A stretch of 64,000 nt of DNA from the human T2T-CHM13v2.0 reference genome, Homo sapiens: NCBI RefSeq assembly GCF_009914755.1, contig NC_060927.1; one strand, written 5' to 3'. The position numbers and the translations under genes are program-made. Under the pieces are notes generated by a model that made no database searches, was not told the origin of the DNA, and was given only the letters and a program-made list of their open reading frames with translations. This document shows positions 42,135 through 56,249 of the stretch, one piece after another (position 1 is the stretch's first letter; the number at the start of each line of letters is the position of its first letter).

Positions 42135-42175
<41 letters not shown>

Positions 42176-42222
42176 CACACATATATGTGTGTATATATAT
42201 ATATGTATGTATATATATATAT
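42135..42222. repeat. (TC)n(TA)n compound microsatellite
   Basis: Directly visible. Confidence 0.95.
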
Positions 42223-42290
42223 TACCTCATTTTGTTTTCTAATTGAATTGGCTAGGACTTTGAGAATAAAAAGTTAAATAATACTTGTAA

Positions 42291-42541
<251 letters not shown>

Positions 42542-42917
42542 TCAAAATTTTTTACTGTGCATTGCATGTGTGTTCACAAAGGACCTCCGTGCATCATTGC
42601 GTGGTACTTGCTAAGTCCTTTAATACTTCTGGCAATCCCAATGGTGCTTCCTGCTGAAATATTTTCAGCTTTCAAAGCCGCCTCAACTGATCTTCAGTGC
42701 TCACCCTCAGGTTGCTTTTTCCTAGGCTACTCTACCTTTCATCAGCCACTACTAGCACATTCCATGGTTCTCATTATGCTGATGCTGACTTCTCTGGAGA
42801 CCACAATGCACCAAAACTACCTTGCCTTCCATGTAGAGGTTAGATAATGCTTCTTTTATTTTTGTCACTTCTTTGAGTTAAATTTTGTTACTGATACCCA
42901 GCAGACCTGTTGGTTTT

Positions 42918-43365
42918 ATATATTAATTTTTTATTGCTGCCATAACAAACTTAGTACCTTGTAACAATAAATACTCATTATCTTGCAGTTTGGTAAATAA
43001 AAAATCCTACACTAGACTCAACTCAGGGTGTTAGGGGCACATTCTTTCCTCAAGGATTTAATGGAGAATCTGTTTCCTTGCATATTCCAGCTTCGAGAAG
43101 CTACCCATATTCCTTGGCATGTTTCCACCTTCCTCCACCTTCAAAGCCAGCAATATTTCATCTCTGACCATTCTTCCTGACTAAGCTAGAAAAGGTTGCC
43201 CGCTTTTAAGAACCCATTTGATTAGACTGGGCACACCTGAATGACCCAGGATAGTCACCCCATTTTAAGGTCTTTAATTACATCTGCAAAGTCCTTTTTG
43301 ACATACTTAACAAAAGTCAAGGATTAGTACATGAACATCTTTGGTGGGCCATTATTCTGCCTGAG
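42918..43365 (-). mobile_element. MLT1 (C/D-like) MaLR LTR
   Basis: 'attgctgccataacaaa', 'ttcaaagccagcaat', 'catctgcaaagtcc', 'gccattattctgcct'. Confidence 0.75.
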
Positions 43366-44408
43366 CTACATTCTCTAACAGTGTATTGAAATTTTGGTAT
43401 AAAGAGCTCCTTTCATGGTGTTTTTAAATTCCCCCATCCATTCTTTTATAGAATTCAGTCATGAATCCATTCATTATACCTGAGTGTATAATCTGAAAGA
43501 CAGACTCTTGATGCTATCCCAATTCCCCATGAAAACATTTCTGGTCATTGCCTGTTTGCACTAAGATATTGCTTATATTGTTTTCAGCCTTCCAGATATG
43601 TTCAGCCAATATAAGACACTGGTAGAATATCAGAAGGTTGCTGAAGTAGAGAAGCCAGGACATTTCTTGAGTTAGCAGTTTCTGGTATGGGCTATGTCTC
43701 TTTCAGGGTAGCAAGTCCTGCCAGAGCAGCTCTCCTTTTTAATACCCATCCCCCACCAGGGAACTCCTGCTGTGGTTCTAGCTCCCCTTGGGTGTTCCTA
43801 ACTTCTAATTTTTGGTGATACTACCTCCCTGCTGTATTCCTCCAGGACCTAGAGTTGACTTTCTGCTGTTTCTGATCATTTGGTTATTTTTCTATGCCCT
43901 GCTTGGCTTTTCATCCCTTTATTACCTCTAACTACTTCCTTATATTAAGCTCCTTGTGTTTAAAACACGAGTGGTTTTTTGTTTTTTTTAAATTTTCTCA
44001 CTGACCTCTTTCTGATACCAGATGAACAAATATGCATGCTCAGGCAGTCTGAATCCCAGGGCTGAATGTGGCTTCACCTCAGTGTCAACTTGTGCTATGT
44101 GCAAACCCAATTACAAATTGAAAAGTTCTTAGTGCTTAACAGATGTAGTGGAGCATCTCACTTAAATCAGTAAAGAATTAGTAGAGAAACTCTGGAGTCA
44201 GTATGTTCTGAAAAGAATAAACTTCAGTTTTAACCTACTTTCATGTAGCTGACTGCTAAAAATGTTACCAATTGGCACTGGAGTTTCCCTATACAGAAGT
44301 CAAAATTTCTGGAGAAATTAGACCACCCATGAGAAATTCTTACTGTTAGGATACTAACAAACTTTTATAGAAACAAGGATGCCTGATACAGAATTTGAAA
44401 TTACTTGC

Positions 44409-44812
44409 TGTTATGCACTGAATTGTCTTCCTCAAAAGCATAGGTTGACATCCTAAGCCCAAGTACCTCAGAATGTGACTATATTTGGAGATAGAATTTA
44501 AAATCACTAACTTTAAAAAAGGTAATTAAGTTAAGATGAAGCAATTAGGGTGGGCCTTAATCCAATCTGACAGATGTTTGTATAAGAAGAAACTTGGATA
44601 CACCAAGGATGCATGCACACAGAGAAAAGGTCATGTGAGGACATAGTGAGAAGGCGGCCGTCTGTAAGTCAAGGAGAGAGCCCTTAAGAGAAACCAAATC
44701 TGCCAACACCTTGATCACGGACTTCTAGCTTTCAGAATTATAAGAAATTACATTTCTGTTAAGCCATCTAGTCGGTAGTATTTTGTTATGGCAGCCCTAG
44801 CAAATTAATACA
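44409..44812 (+). mobile_element. MLT1B-like MaLR solo LTR
   Basis: tgttatgcactgaattgt...ggcagccctagcaaattaataca. Confidence 0.85.
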
Positions 44813-46709
44813 TGCATTCTGTGATATAAATCCCTTCCATTGATGCAAATGTCAATAGACTATTACATTCACAGAAGTCCTTTGTGAGATGTATTTGGGG
44901 AGTGGAGTAGGGGAAAGGGAGGGTGAGATGGTGTCACAGAAGTATCAAAAAAATAGCTATATTCTTTTTTTGTAAGTAAGTAAGTTCCGGAGAGAAGGGA
45001 GCTGAAAAAGGGATACTGAAATAGAGAGTTCTGTAAGAGCTGGATAATAGTAACATTGATGACTAGGAAAGTATTACCATCCTGATCTGCTCTGAACACC
45101 CCTACCTCTGAACACACACCTTACCCAAGCCCTCTGAGAAGCCCTGGAGAGGACAGCGTTTTCATAATCATAGGGTGGTGAGTGAGCAAGCCAAATCTTA
45201 GTGAAATCTTAAAGGATATTTGGATGTGCTTATTTAGCTGCAGTGGTTAGTGATGGAATTAGAAAACAGTTAAATAGAAGACTTGAGGAAATAGCTAAAG
45301 GGAGACTAAGCATATCTAAGATATAATAAGATGACAATTAATGTGATTAAAGAATTACACTTATCGATGTTAAAAGCAAAAAATGGATGAGAGAGGGGGA
45401 AAAGCTGCTGGTACACCCACTTTTAAGATGACAACTGTAGCAGCATATAGCTCCATAGCAAGATAAAAAGAAAGCTTAATTTGACTAGAATATACATGAT
45501 CTCATGTCACTCAAATGCACAAACACCCACAAACCATGCACTCATACAGATATATCTTTTCTCATATTGTTCCTTCTGCATGAAATGTTCTTCATTTCTT
45601 CTTGTGAATGTTCAATAACTAAATATTTTTTAAGCATTAGAGTGCTATCTCCCCTTACAGCATACCCCAAGGTGGATGAATTTCTCTTGCTCCTTTATTC
45701 CTCTCTACTAGCTTTATAATTCACTTTAGCATTTAATTAATTCAACATTTTACATATTCATTCTTACAACCAAATTTTGAAGTGTTATTCTTTTTTCATC
45801 TTGAATTGCATATAGGAAATTTATGAACATAATAGGTGCTGAATAAATATTTTCTGGGTAAAAGTTTTGTTTGGAAGCTTCTTTGCATGAATTTAAGAAA
45901 ACAATAACCTAAAATTCAAAACAACTTTAGTCCAAGGTAAAGATTTCATTGTATTTTTTCTCATTTAAGTATTAGTATTTACATATGTAGAGACGGTTTT
46001 TCAGCTTTGCACATGAACTCTTCTGTCTTATGTTAGATTACAGAGGAGGAAATGGGTACAAGGAGTAGGAAACATGCCCCAAATGATACACTATTTAAAG
46101 GCAATAGCCCAGTAGTGATTCTAATATTTTGCTTAGATGGTGATGTTCACTATTTCTCTATGAGAAATGCCAACATTACACAAATGTCAATAATGTTTGC
46201 TTGCATACAATTAGGTCCAAACCAACAATTGCTTTATTGATGCCTATTATTTACTATATACAGATTTAAGTAGGATAAAAAGAATGATTGGACATGATAT
46301 GGTCATCCCCAATAAGCTGATAATCAAAGTGAAGAGCTGAGTTATAAACATAGGAAATTTTTAGATTGTTGTACAAGCAAAGATTTGTCAATCAATTAGA
46401 TAATGAATGACAAAATAGTTGGTTACAATGCTGTCAGAAATTTTAACTTGACATTATTAAGGCACTCTACTGGCAGAAACTTTCACATATCCAGCAAGAA
46501 CTCATACAATTCAATCAAAACAACTTTTAAAGATTGGTTAGAATTTGGTCTGAGCTCTGGGCTGATTGTGAACATTCTAAAACATTGACCTGTTTTGGAT
46601 TTCCATTACCACTTATGAATTTGCTCTTGTTCTCTAAGTAACCTGCTTTGGCTTCCTGATTTTTGGCTTAAGACTCTTAGTACCCATCTGGCAAAGGTAT
46701 AGAAGATTG

Positions 46710-46970
46710 TACAATTAATAGTAATAGCAATAGATACTATTAAGTTAGCATATATCATGTGCCAGGCTCTCTGCTATGTGATTTATATTATTCTTATAAT
46801 TATCCTGAAAGACAAACATTATTTTTTATACTTATAGATGAGAAAATCATTTTGCACATGAGAAAAATGAGGTAAAGGAGTTATGTAACTTTCTCTAGAA
46901 TACTGAGCTAAGTAAGTGGTGTAAGTGGATTCACACCCTATTCTGTTCAGTTTCAGAGGCTGCAGTCTTC
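46710..46970. mobile_element. MIR SINE, among probable L2 relics (~45560-47380)
   Basis: 'atgtgccaggctctctgcta...ttatagatgagaaaa'. Confidence 0.6.
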
Positions 46971-47407
46971 GCAAGGGACTTGGTGCAATTTATAAGATGG
47001 AGAGATTACCATTGTCTGGGGAGTAACTAAAAAGGTTTCATAAGAGAAGTGGCATTAGTGTCACTTTTGAATGAAGAGTAGCATTTTGGCTGGTGAGGTA
47101 GATGTAAATCCAGGTAGAGGGAGTATAATGAACAACCAACTATACAATGTAAGGAATGCATTTAAGAAATGATGTAAACTCCAGTCATTCTAGGGATAAT
47201 GGAGTGAGATAAGACTTGTATAGAAATATGATAGAAATTACTTCTAATCATTTTGTTCTCTTAATTTGTTGCATTATGGAAAGTAATTGAAAGTTTTCAG
47301 CAATGAATGACATGGCAATAAGAGGATTATTTTACAATTTGTGTGAGAAAGGTGATTAGAGATTTTGTTTTTCTCAGCACTAATTAGAGAGGTATTACAC
47401 TTCTACT

Positions 47408-50400
47408 CTTCCTCAGTGGGCAGGGCATCTCTGAAAGAAAGGCAGCAGCCCCAGTAAGGGACTTATAGATAAAACTCCCATCTGCCTGAGACAGAGCACC
47501 TGGGGGAAGGGGCAGCTGTCGGCGCAGCTTCAGCAGACTTAAATGTTCCTGCCTGCTGGATCTGAAGAGAGCAGCGGATCTCCCAGTACAGCGCTTGAGC
47601 TCTGCTAAGGTCCAGTCTGCCTCCTCAAGTGGATCCCTGACCCCCGTGTCTCCTGATGGGGAAACACCTCCCAGCAGGGGTGGACAGACACCTCATAGAA
47701 GAGAGCTCTGGCTGGCATCTGGCGGGTGCCCCTCTGGGACGAAGCTTCCAGAGGAAGGAGCAGGCAGCAATCTTTGCTGTTTTGTAGCCTCCGCTGGTGA
47801 TACCCAGGCAAACAGTCTGGAGTGGACCTCCAGCAAACTCCAGCAGAACTTCTGCAGAGGGGCCTGACTATTAGAAGGAAAACTAACAAACAGAAAGGAA
47901 TAGCATCAACATCAACAAAAAGGATGACCATGCAAAAACTCCATCCAAAGGTCACCAACAGCAAAGACCAAAGGTAGATAAATCCATAAGGATGAGGAAA
48001 CACCAGCACAAAAAGGCAGAAAATTCCAAAAACCAGAATGCCTTTTCTCCTCCAAAGGATCACAACTCCTTGCCAGCAAGGGAACAAAACTGGACAGCCA
48101 TGAGTTTGACAAATTGAAAGAAGTAAGCTTCAGAAGGTGGGTAACAACAAACTCCTCTGAGCCAAAGGAGCATGTTTTAACCCAATGCAAGGAAGCTAAG
48201 AATCTTGATCAAAGGTTAGAGGAATTGTTTACTAAAATAGCCAGTTTAGAGAAGAACAAATATGACCTGATGGAGCTGAAAAACACAGCATGAGAACTTC
48301 ATGAAGGATACACAAGTATAAATACCCAAATTGATTAAGTGGAAGAAAAGATATCAGAGATTGAAGATGAACTCAATGAAATAAAGCATGAAGACAATAT
48401 TAGAGAAAAAAGAATGAAAAGGAATGAAGAAAGCCTTCAAGAAATATGGCACTATGTGAAAAGACCAACCTTATGTCTGATTGGTGTACCTGAAAGTGAC
48501 AGGGAGAATGGAACCAAGTTGAAAAACATACTTCAGGATATTATCCAGGAGAACTTCCCCAACATAGCAAGATAGGCCAATATTCAAATTCAAGAAATAC
48601 AGAGAACACCACAAAGATACTCCTCGAGAAGACCAACCCCAAGACACATAATCGTCAGATTCACCAAGGTTGAAATGAAGGAAAAAATGTTAAGGGCAGC
48701 CAGAGAGAAAGGTTGGGTTGCCCACAAAGGGAAGCCCATCAGACTAACAGCAGATCTATCTGCAGAAACCCTACAAGCAAGAAGAGAGTGGAGACCAATA
48801 TCAACATTCTTAAAGAAAAGAATTTTCAACCCAGAATTTCATATCTAGCAAAACTAAATTTCATAAGCAAAGATTAAATAAAACCCTTTACCAACAAGCA
48901 AATGCTGCAGGATTTTTGTTACCACCAGGCCTGCCTTACAAGAGCTCCTGAAGGAAGCACTAAACATGGAAAGGAAAAACCGATACCAGCCACTGCAAAA
49001 GTACACCAAATTCTAAAGACCATTGACACTATGAAGAAACTGCATCAACTAATGGACAAAATAACTAGCTAGCATCATACTGACAGGATCAAATTCACAC
49101 ATAACAATATTAACCTTAAGTGTAAACAGGCTAAATGCTCCAATTAAAAGACATAGACTGGCAAATTGTGTAAAGAGTCAAGACCCATCAGTGTGCTGTA
49201 CTCAGGAGACCCATCTCACGTGCAAAGACACACATAGGCTCAAAATAAAGGGATGGAGGAATATTTACCAAGCAAATGGAAAGCAAAATAAAGTAGGGGT
49301 TGCAATCTTAGTCTATGATAAAACAGACTTTAAACCAACAAAGATCAAAAGAGACAAAGAAGGCCATTACATAATGGTAAAGGGATCAATGCAACAAGAA
49401 GAGCTAACTATACTAAATATATATGCACCCCAATACAGGAGCACCTAGATTCATAAAGCTAGTTCTTAGAGACCTACAAAGAGAGTTTGACTCCCACACA
49501 ATAATAGTGGGAGACTTTAATACCCCACTGTCAATATTAGACAGATCAAAGAGACAGAAAATTAACAAGGATATTCAGGACTTGAAGTCAGCTCTGGACC
49601 AAGTGGAACTAATAGACATCAACAGAACTCTCCACCCCATATCAACAAAATATACGTTCTTCTCAGCACCACATAGCACTTATTCTAAAATCAAACACAT
49701 AGTTGGAAGTAAAACACTCCTCAGCAAATACAAAAGAATGGAAATCATAACAAACAGTCTCTCAGACCACAGTGCAATCAAATTGGAACTCAGGATTAAG
49801 AGACTCACTCAGAAGTGCACAACTACTTGGAAACTGAACAACATGCTCCTGAATGACTACTGGGTAAATAACGAAATTAAGGCAGAAATAAATAAGCTTT
49901 TGAAACCAATGAGAACAAAGACACAACATTCCAGAATCTCTGGAACACAGCTGATGCAGTGTTTAGAGGGAAATTTATAGTACTAAATGCCCACAGGAGA
50001 AAGTGGGAAAGATCTAAAATTGACACCCTAACATCACAATTAAAAGAACTAGAGAAGCAAGAGCAAACATTCAAAAGCTAGCAGAAGACAAGAAATAACT
50101 AAGATCAGAGCAGAACTGAAGGAAATAGAGACACGAAAAGTCCCTCAAAAAATCAATGAATCCAGGAGCTGGCTTTTTGAAAAGATCAACAAAATAGATA
50201 GACCGCTAGCAAGACTAATAAAGAAGAAAAGAGAGAAGAATCAAATAGACACAATAGAAAATGATAAACGGTGGATCACCAATGATCCCACAGAAATACA
50301 AACTACCATCAGAGGATAAAATAAACACTTCTACACAAATAAACTAGAAAATCTAGAAGAAATGGATAAATTCCTGGACACAGAAACCCTCCCAAGACTA

Positions 50401-53103
50401 AACCAGGAAGAAGTCGAATCCCTGAATAGACCAATAACAAGTTCTGAAATTGAGGCAGTAATGAATAGCCTACCAACCAAAAGCAGCCCAGGATCAGACA
50501 GATTCACAGCCAAATTCCACCAGAGGTACAAAGAGGAGCTGCTATCATTCCTTCTGAAACTATTCCAAAAAATAGAAAAAGAGGGACTCCTCCCTAACTC
50601 ATTTTATGAGGCCAGCATCATCCTACCAAAACCTGGCAGCGACACAACAAAAAAAAGAAAATTTCAGGCCAATATTCCGGATGAAGACCAATGCAAAAAT
50701 CCTCAATAAAATACTGGCAAACCAAACCCAGAAGCACATTAAAAAGCTTATCCACCATGATCAAGTTGGCTTCATTTCTGGGATGCAAGGCTAGTTCTAC
50801 TTATGTAAATCAATAAACATAATCCATCACATAAACAGAACCAATGACAAAACCCACATGATTATCTCAATAGCTGCAGAAAGGCCTTCGATAAAATTCA
50901 ACACCCCTTCATGCTAAAAACACTCAATAAACTAGGTATTGATGGAACATATCTCATAATAATAAGAGCCATTTATGACAAACTCACAGCCAACATCATA
51001 CTGAATGGGCAAAAGCTGGAAGCATTTCCTTTGAAAACTGGCACAAAACAAGGATGCTCCTTCTCACGACTCCTATTCAACATAGTATTGGATTTCTGGC
51101 CAGGGCAATCAGGCAAGAGAAAGAAATAAATGGTATTCAAATAGGAAGAGAGGAAGTCAAATTATATCTGTTTGCAGATGATATGATTGTATAAAGCTGA
51201 TAAGCAACTTCAGCAAAGTGTCGGGATACAAAATCAATGCGCAAAATCACAAGCATTCCTATACGCCAATAATAGACAACCAGAGAGCCAAATCATGAGC
51301 AAACTCCCATTCACAATTGCTACAAAGAGAATAAAATACCTACATTTACAACTTACAAGGGATGTGAAGGACTGCTTCAAGGAGAATTACAAACCACTGC
51401 TCAAGGAAATAAGAGAGAACAAAAACAAATGGAAAAACATTCCATGCTTATGGATAGGAAGAATCAATATCGTGAAAATGGCCATATTGCCCAGAGTAAT
51501 TTATAGATTCAGTGCTATTCCCATCAAGCTACCATTGACTTTCTTCAGAGAATTAGAAAAAACTACTTTAAATTTCATATGGAACCAAAAAAGAGCCCAT
51601 ACAGCCAAGACAATCCCAAGCAAAAAGAACAAAGCTGGAGGCATCACGCTACCTGACTTCAAACTATACTACAAGGCTACAGTAACAAAAACAGCATGAT
51701 ACTGGTACCAAAACAAATATATAGACCACTGGAACAGAACAGAGACCTCAGAAATAATGCCACACATCTACAGCCATCTGATCTTTGACAAGCCTGACAA
51801 AAACAAGCAATGGGGAAAGGATTCCCTGTTAAATAAATGGTGCTGGGAAAACTTGCCAGCCGTATGTAGAAAACTGAAACTGAACCCTTCCTTACACCTT
51901 ATAAAAAATTAACTCAATATGATAATATAATTTATACAAAATTAACTCAATATGGATTGAGACCTAAAACCAAAAAACCCTAGAAGAAAACCTAGGCAAT
52001 ACCATTCAGTACATATGCATGGGAGAAGACTTCATGACTAAAACACCAAAAGCAATGGCAGCAGAAGCCAAAATTGACAAATGGGTTCTAATTAAACTAA
52101 AGATCTTCTGCACAGCAAAAGATACTATCATCAGAGTGAACAGGAAACCTACAGAATGGGAGAAAATTTTTGCAATCTATCCATCTGACAAAGGGCTAAT
52201 ATCCAGAATCTACAAGGAACTTAAACAAATTTACAAGAAAAAAACAACCCTACCAAAAAGTGAGTGAAGGATATGAACAGACACTTTTCAAAAGAAGACA
52301 TTTAGGTGGCCAACAAACATATGAAAAAAAGCTCATCATCACTGGTCCTTAGAGAAATACAAATCAAAACCACAATGAGATACCATCTCATGCCAGTTAG
52401 AATGGCGATCATTAAAAAGTCAGGAAACAACAGATGCTGGAGAGGATGTGGAGAAATAGGAACACTTGTACACTGTTGGTGGGAGTGTAAATTAGTTCAA
52501 CCATCGTTGAAGACAGTGTGGCAATTCCTCAAGGATCTAGAACCAGCAATACCATTTGACCCAGCAATCCCATTCCTGGGCATATACCCAAAAGATTATA
52601 AATCATTCTACTATAAAGACACATGCACACATATGTTTATTGTAGCACTATTCACAATAGCAAAGACTTGGAACCAAGCCAAATGCCCATCAATGATAGA
52701 CTGGATTAAGAAAATGTGGCACATATACACCATGGAATACTATGCAGCCATAAAAAATGATGAGTTCATGTCCTTTGCAGGGACATGGATGAAGCTGGAA
52801 ACCATTATTCTCAGTAAACTAATACAGGAACAGAAAACCAAACACCGCGTGTTCTCACTCATAAGTGGGAATGGAACAATGAGAACATATGGGCACAAGG
52901 AGAGGAACATCACACACTGGGGCCTGTCAGGGGGTGAGGAGCAAAGGGACGGATAGCATTAGGAGAAATACCTAATGTGGATGACGGGTTGATGGGTGCA
53001 GCAAATCCATGGCACATGTATACCTATGGCACATGTATACCTATGTAATAAACCTGCATGTTCTGCATGTGTGTCCCAGAACTTAAAGTATAATTTTAAA
53101 AAA
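47408..53103 (+). mobile_element. Near full-length L1PA7-like LINE-1 (5'UTR partly truncated), many stops and frameshifts
   Basis: Old-type 5'UTR, ORF1 (~47991-49015) and ORF2 (~49080-52880) fragments in the ORF track, L1PA7-type 3'UTR 'gatgacgggttgatgggtgcagcaaa...cccagaacttaaagtataat'. Confidence 0.93.
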
Positions 53104-53929
53104 TAGAGAAGAGGTGTGAATAGGTGAGGAGGCCACAATGATATGCACAAGATTGCAAAGAAAGAAGTAGAAGAAAAATGAGAGAGAGAGATGAAGCAAT
53201 GGCAACTAGTGCCCCTTCTGGAGTTGGTTGCTCACATCAAGGTAAATGATAGGAAATGGCACATAGAGTTTTCTGTCTTATAATATGCTTTTGTATCTCA
53301 ATGCCTTTTTCCTCTTTCAGAGCATACATTACTCAAAGGCAGGAAATATGTGTGTGCTTGGAGAGAAAATAAAGGGGGTTACTAAAATAAAAAAACAAAA
53401 AACTTCTACTTTTAGAGAATGAATAAAATTGGCATTTATTTTCCAGTTAAAAGGAACAGTTGTATAAGCATGTAGAACTTTATGCCCAGAGATCAGAAGA
53501 CAAAAGAGGGGTAGAGATAGATTTAGATCATCCATAGCTGACTGCCACATAAAAGTTGACAGGTTTGCCTGGCACATAGACTACAATGTGAATGGGACTC
53601 CAGAGTTGTGCATTGGAGTTCAAACCCACACAGGGGCTGCATGCCCAAAGAGGGGTGGTTCTATTACAGGCACTAAGTGAGGGAGTATAGAGAAAGAACT
53701 TTGAGAAATGCCCAAATTTAGTGGGTAAAAGGACAAGAAAGATAAACCAGCAAGGGAAAGAGGGAGAGTCACAAGCTGGTTGAGAATAGTGCAGTTGCCA
53801 TAGCCCATGTCTCTTTCTCTGCATGATGTCCAGAACAGTCTTCATGATTCAGTCTTTCAAAGTGAAAATAGTGTGTGGCTCTTCCTTCACAATGTAAATT
53901 CTCTCTCGCTATGTATCTCTGTCCTTCTC

Positions 53930-54012
53930 TGTCTGTGTATATGTATGTGTGTGTTTGTGTGTGTGTGTGTCTGTGTATGTGTCCCTCTTTCTCTCACACA
54001 TGCACATACGTA
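53930..54012. repeat. Degenerate (TG)n/(CA)n microsatellite
   Basis: Directly visible. Confidence 0.85.
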
Positions 54013-55148
54013 TACATTAGCATTTGACATTGTCTTTGCTAGTTTCATTGTCAGATCAAATTAGTTCATTAGAGTTAAATGATCTTTGATAAAGCACTAT
54101 TTACCGACAGCACTGGTTCCTCTTAAATTGATGCTAGTTAGGAAAAACTTAATTACCTTTCTCATTCTATATAGAACATTTTAATTTTAAAGCCTGATTC
54201 TCCTCTGAGAAATCGTACTTCACCTTCGAAATTTTATAAGGGGAATACTTTGCAGCCATTCAATAGCCATTTCTACCTTCATTATCTCTGTAAAGGAATA
54301 TAGGTGTTTAAAATGGTTATGCTTGTTTTAAGTTTCAAGCCATCATATCAACTTTTGATCATCATCATCTGACACACTCTTTCTAAAGTCTTTGGTTGAA
54401 AAGTTGTATTTCAAAAACTATGTCCGTAGGGACATTTTCTTTCCAAAAGAATAATTAGTTCCTAAGAAATGACACAGCTACACATTGTCAATGTAATTAA
54501 GTGTGCTGTTGCCAAACTCAAGACAAGCCTACATTTCTGTCATCCTGCCTGATGCCAGAGCCAACATATCTTTTGCTTATTATTTTATAATCACCACTTA
54601 GAGAAGCTCAACAAAACTTCTTGAATCCTAGGAAAACCATAAAATAAGACTGGCTACAAACCTGGCAATGCCTCAATATCAAGACATGGTAATTTAGTCC
54701 ACCCCTACCACTTGTCTTTTGTAGCAATGTGTCAATTACGCAGGAATTATTCTGCTTTCTAAAATCATCAGAAGAGGGTTTTCCATGACTTTGTCCTGTA
54801 ATCAATGGAAATGCATGATAATGTGGATCATCAACAGTGAAAAATAATTTTAATCAGCATCTTCTTTTTTAGGCAAATGGTGAATAAATTTGATTTATTT
54901 TATTTTTCCTTGGCTTCTCTTTATGCATTTTTAACCATCTCTGTTATGGAGTTGGTTAGCTAATATTTTTGGCTGTACATGACAATGTTTCTTTCCTTCA
55001 TTACCACTCTTCTGATATCAGACTTCACCTTCATATTTGCATTGGATGGGGCAGGGGTATTTACAGGGCTCAGACTTGACCTAGCATAGGGATGCCAACT
55101 CCCTGGACACAGTGTTTGCTCTGGGATGGGAGCTAGACCCAAGTATGT

Positions 55149-55373
55149 TGGGTTGTCAGACAACATACAGGATTCCCACTTAATTTTAAATTTCAGATAA
55201 ACGTGAATAGGGGTCTAGGATATATTTTTTCACCTCTGTTGAAATCTTCTCAAATAACATGTGGGATATATTCATACTGATACAATTTATACTTAAGTAC
55301 TATTTGCTCTTTATCTGAAAATCAGTTTTAACTGGGTGTCCTTTATTTTTGTTTGCTAAATCTGACAACACTA
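55149..55373. mobile_element. MER3/MER33-like hAT-Charlie MITE
   Basis: Imperfect terminal inverted repeats gggttgtcaga / tctgacaacac, and inverted 'ttcagataaa' / 'tttatctgaa'. Confidence 0.75.
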
Positions 55374-55930
55374 TAAGTAGGATCAGAGACTTCTTTTGTT
55401 TTGTTTGCTTATTCTATATGAACACAAGAGAAATAATTTCCATTAGGATGTACAGGAGAGGATTAAATTGAAGCCCATCTGATAGCCACTTTCCCTGATG
55501 AGTAAGAGGAAAAGTAAGCCAAGTAAAGGAGTGCAGACACCTGAGGTAGCAGAAAGATGAAGTCTTCCTAATTCCAGCTCCTATCTGCAGGCTCTGGTAC
55601 TGCAGCTCTTCCTTTTTATATTATGCACCATCCCAGCATCTTTCTCAGTTATGGCAGCCAGTAGATTACTTTTATTTATATGAGCAAGTGGGAGTGTGAG
55701 CAGTCACTCGTGCGGCGCTCTCCTCCTTCCCCTGGCGTCCTCCAGCATTTCCGCTTGCCCTCCATGCAGCAGCACCCACTCAGACCTCCCCTCCCACACA
55801 AGCTGCCCCACCCTGCATAGCATACTGTTTTCCCGCAAAAGGACCTTAAAAATTCTTGTTGAAGTAATCAGTGGATAGAGTCACAGGAAATAGGGAGTAG
55901 CTGTAATACCTTGATTAAAGAATGATATGT

Positions 55931-56249
<319 letters not shown>

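Noticed and set aside
53300-53330. Acceptor-like ttttcctctttcag
   Set aside because: No convincing open frame or paired donor follows it.
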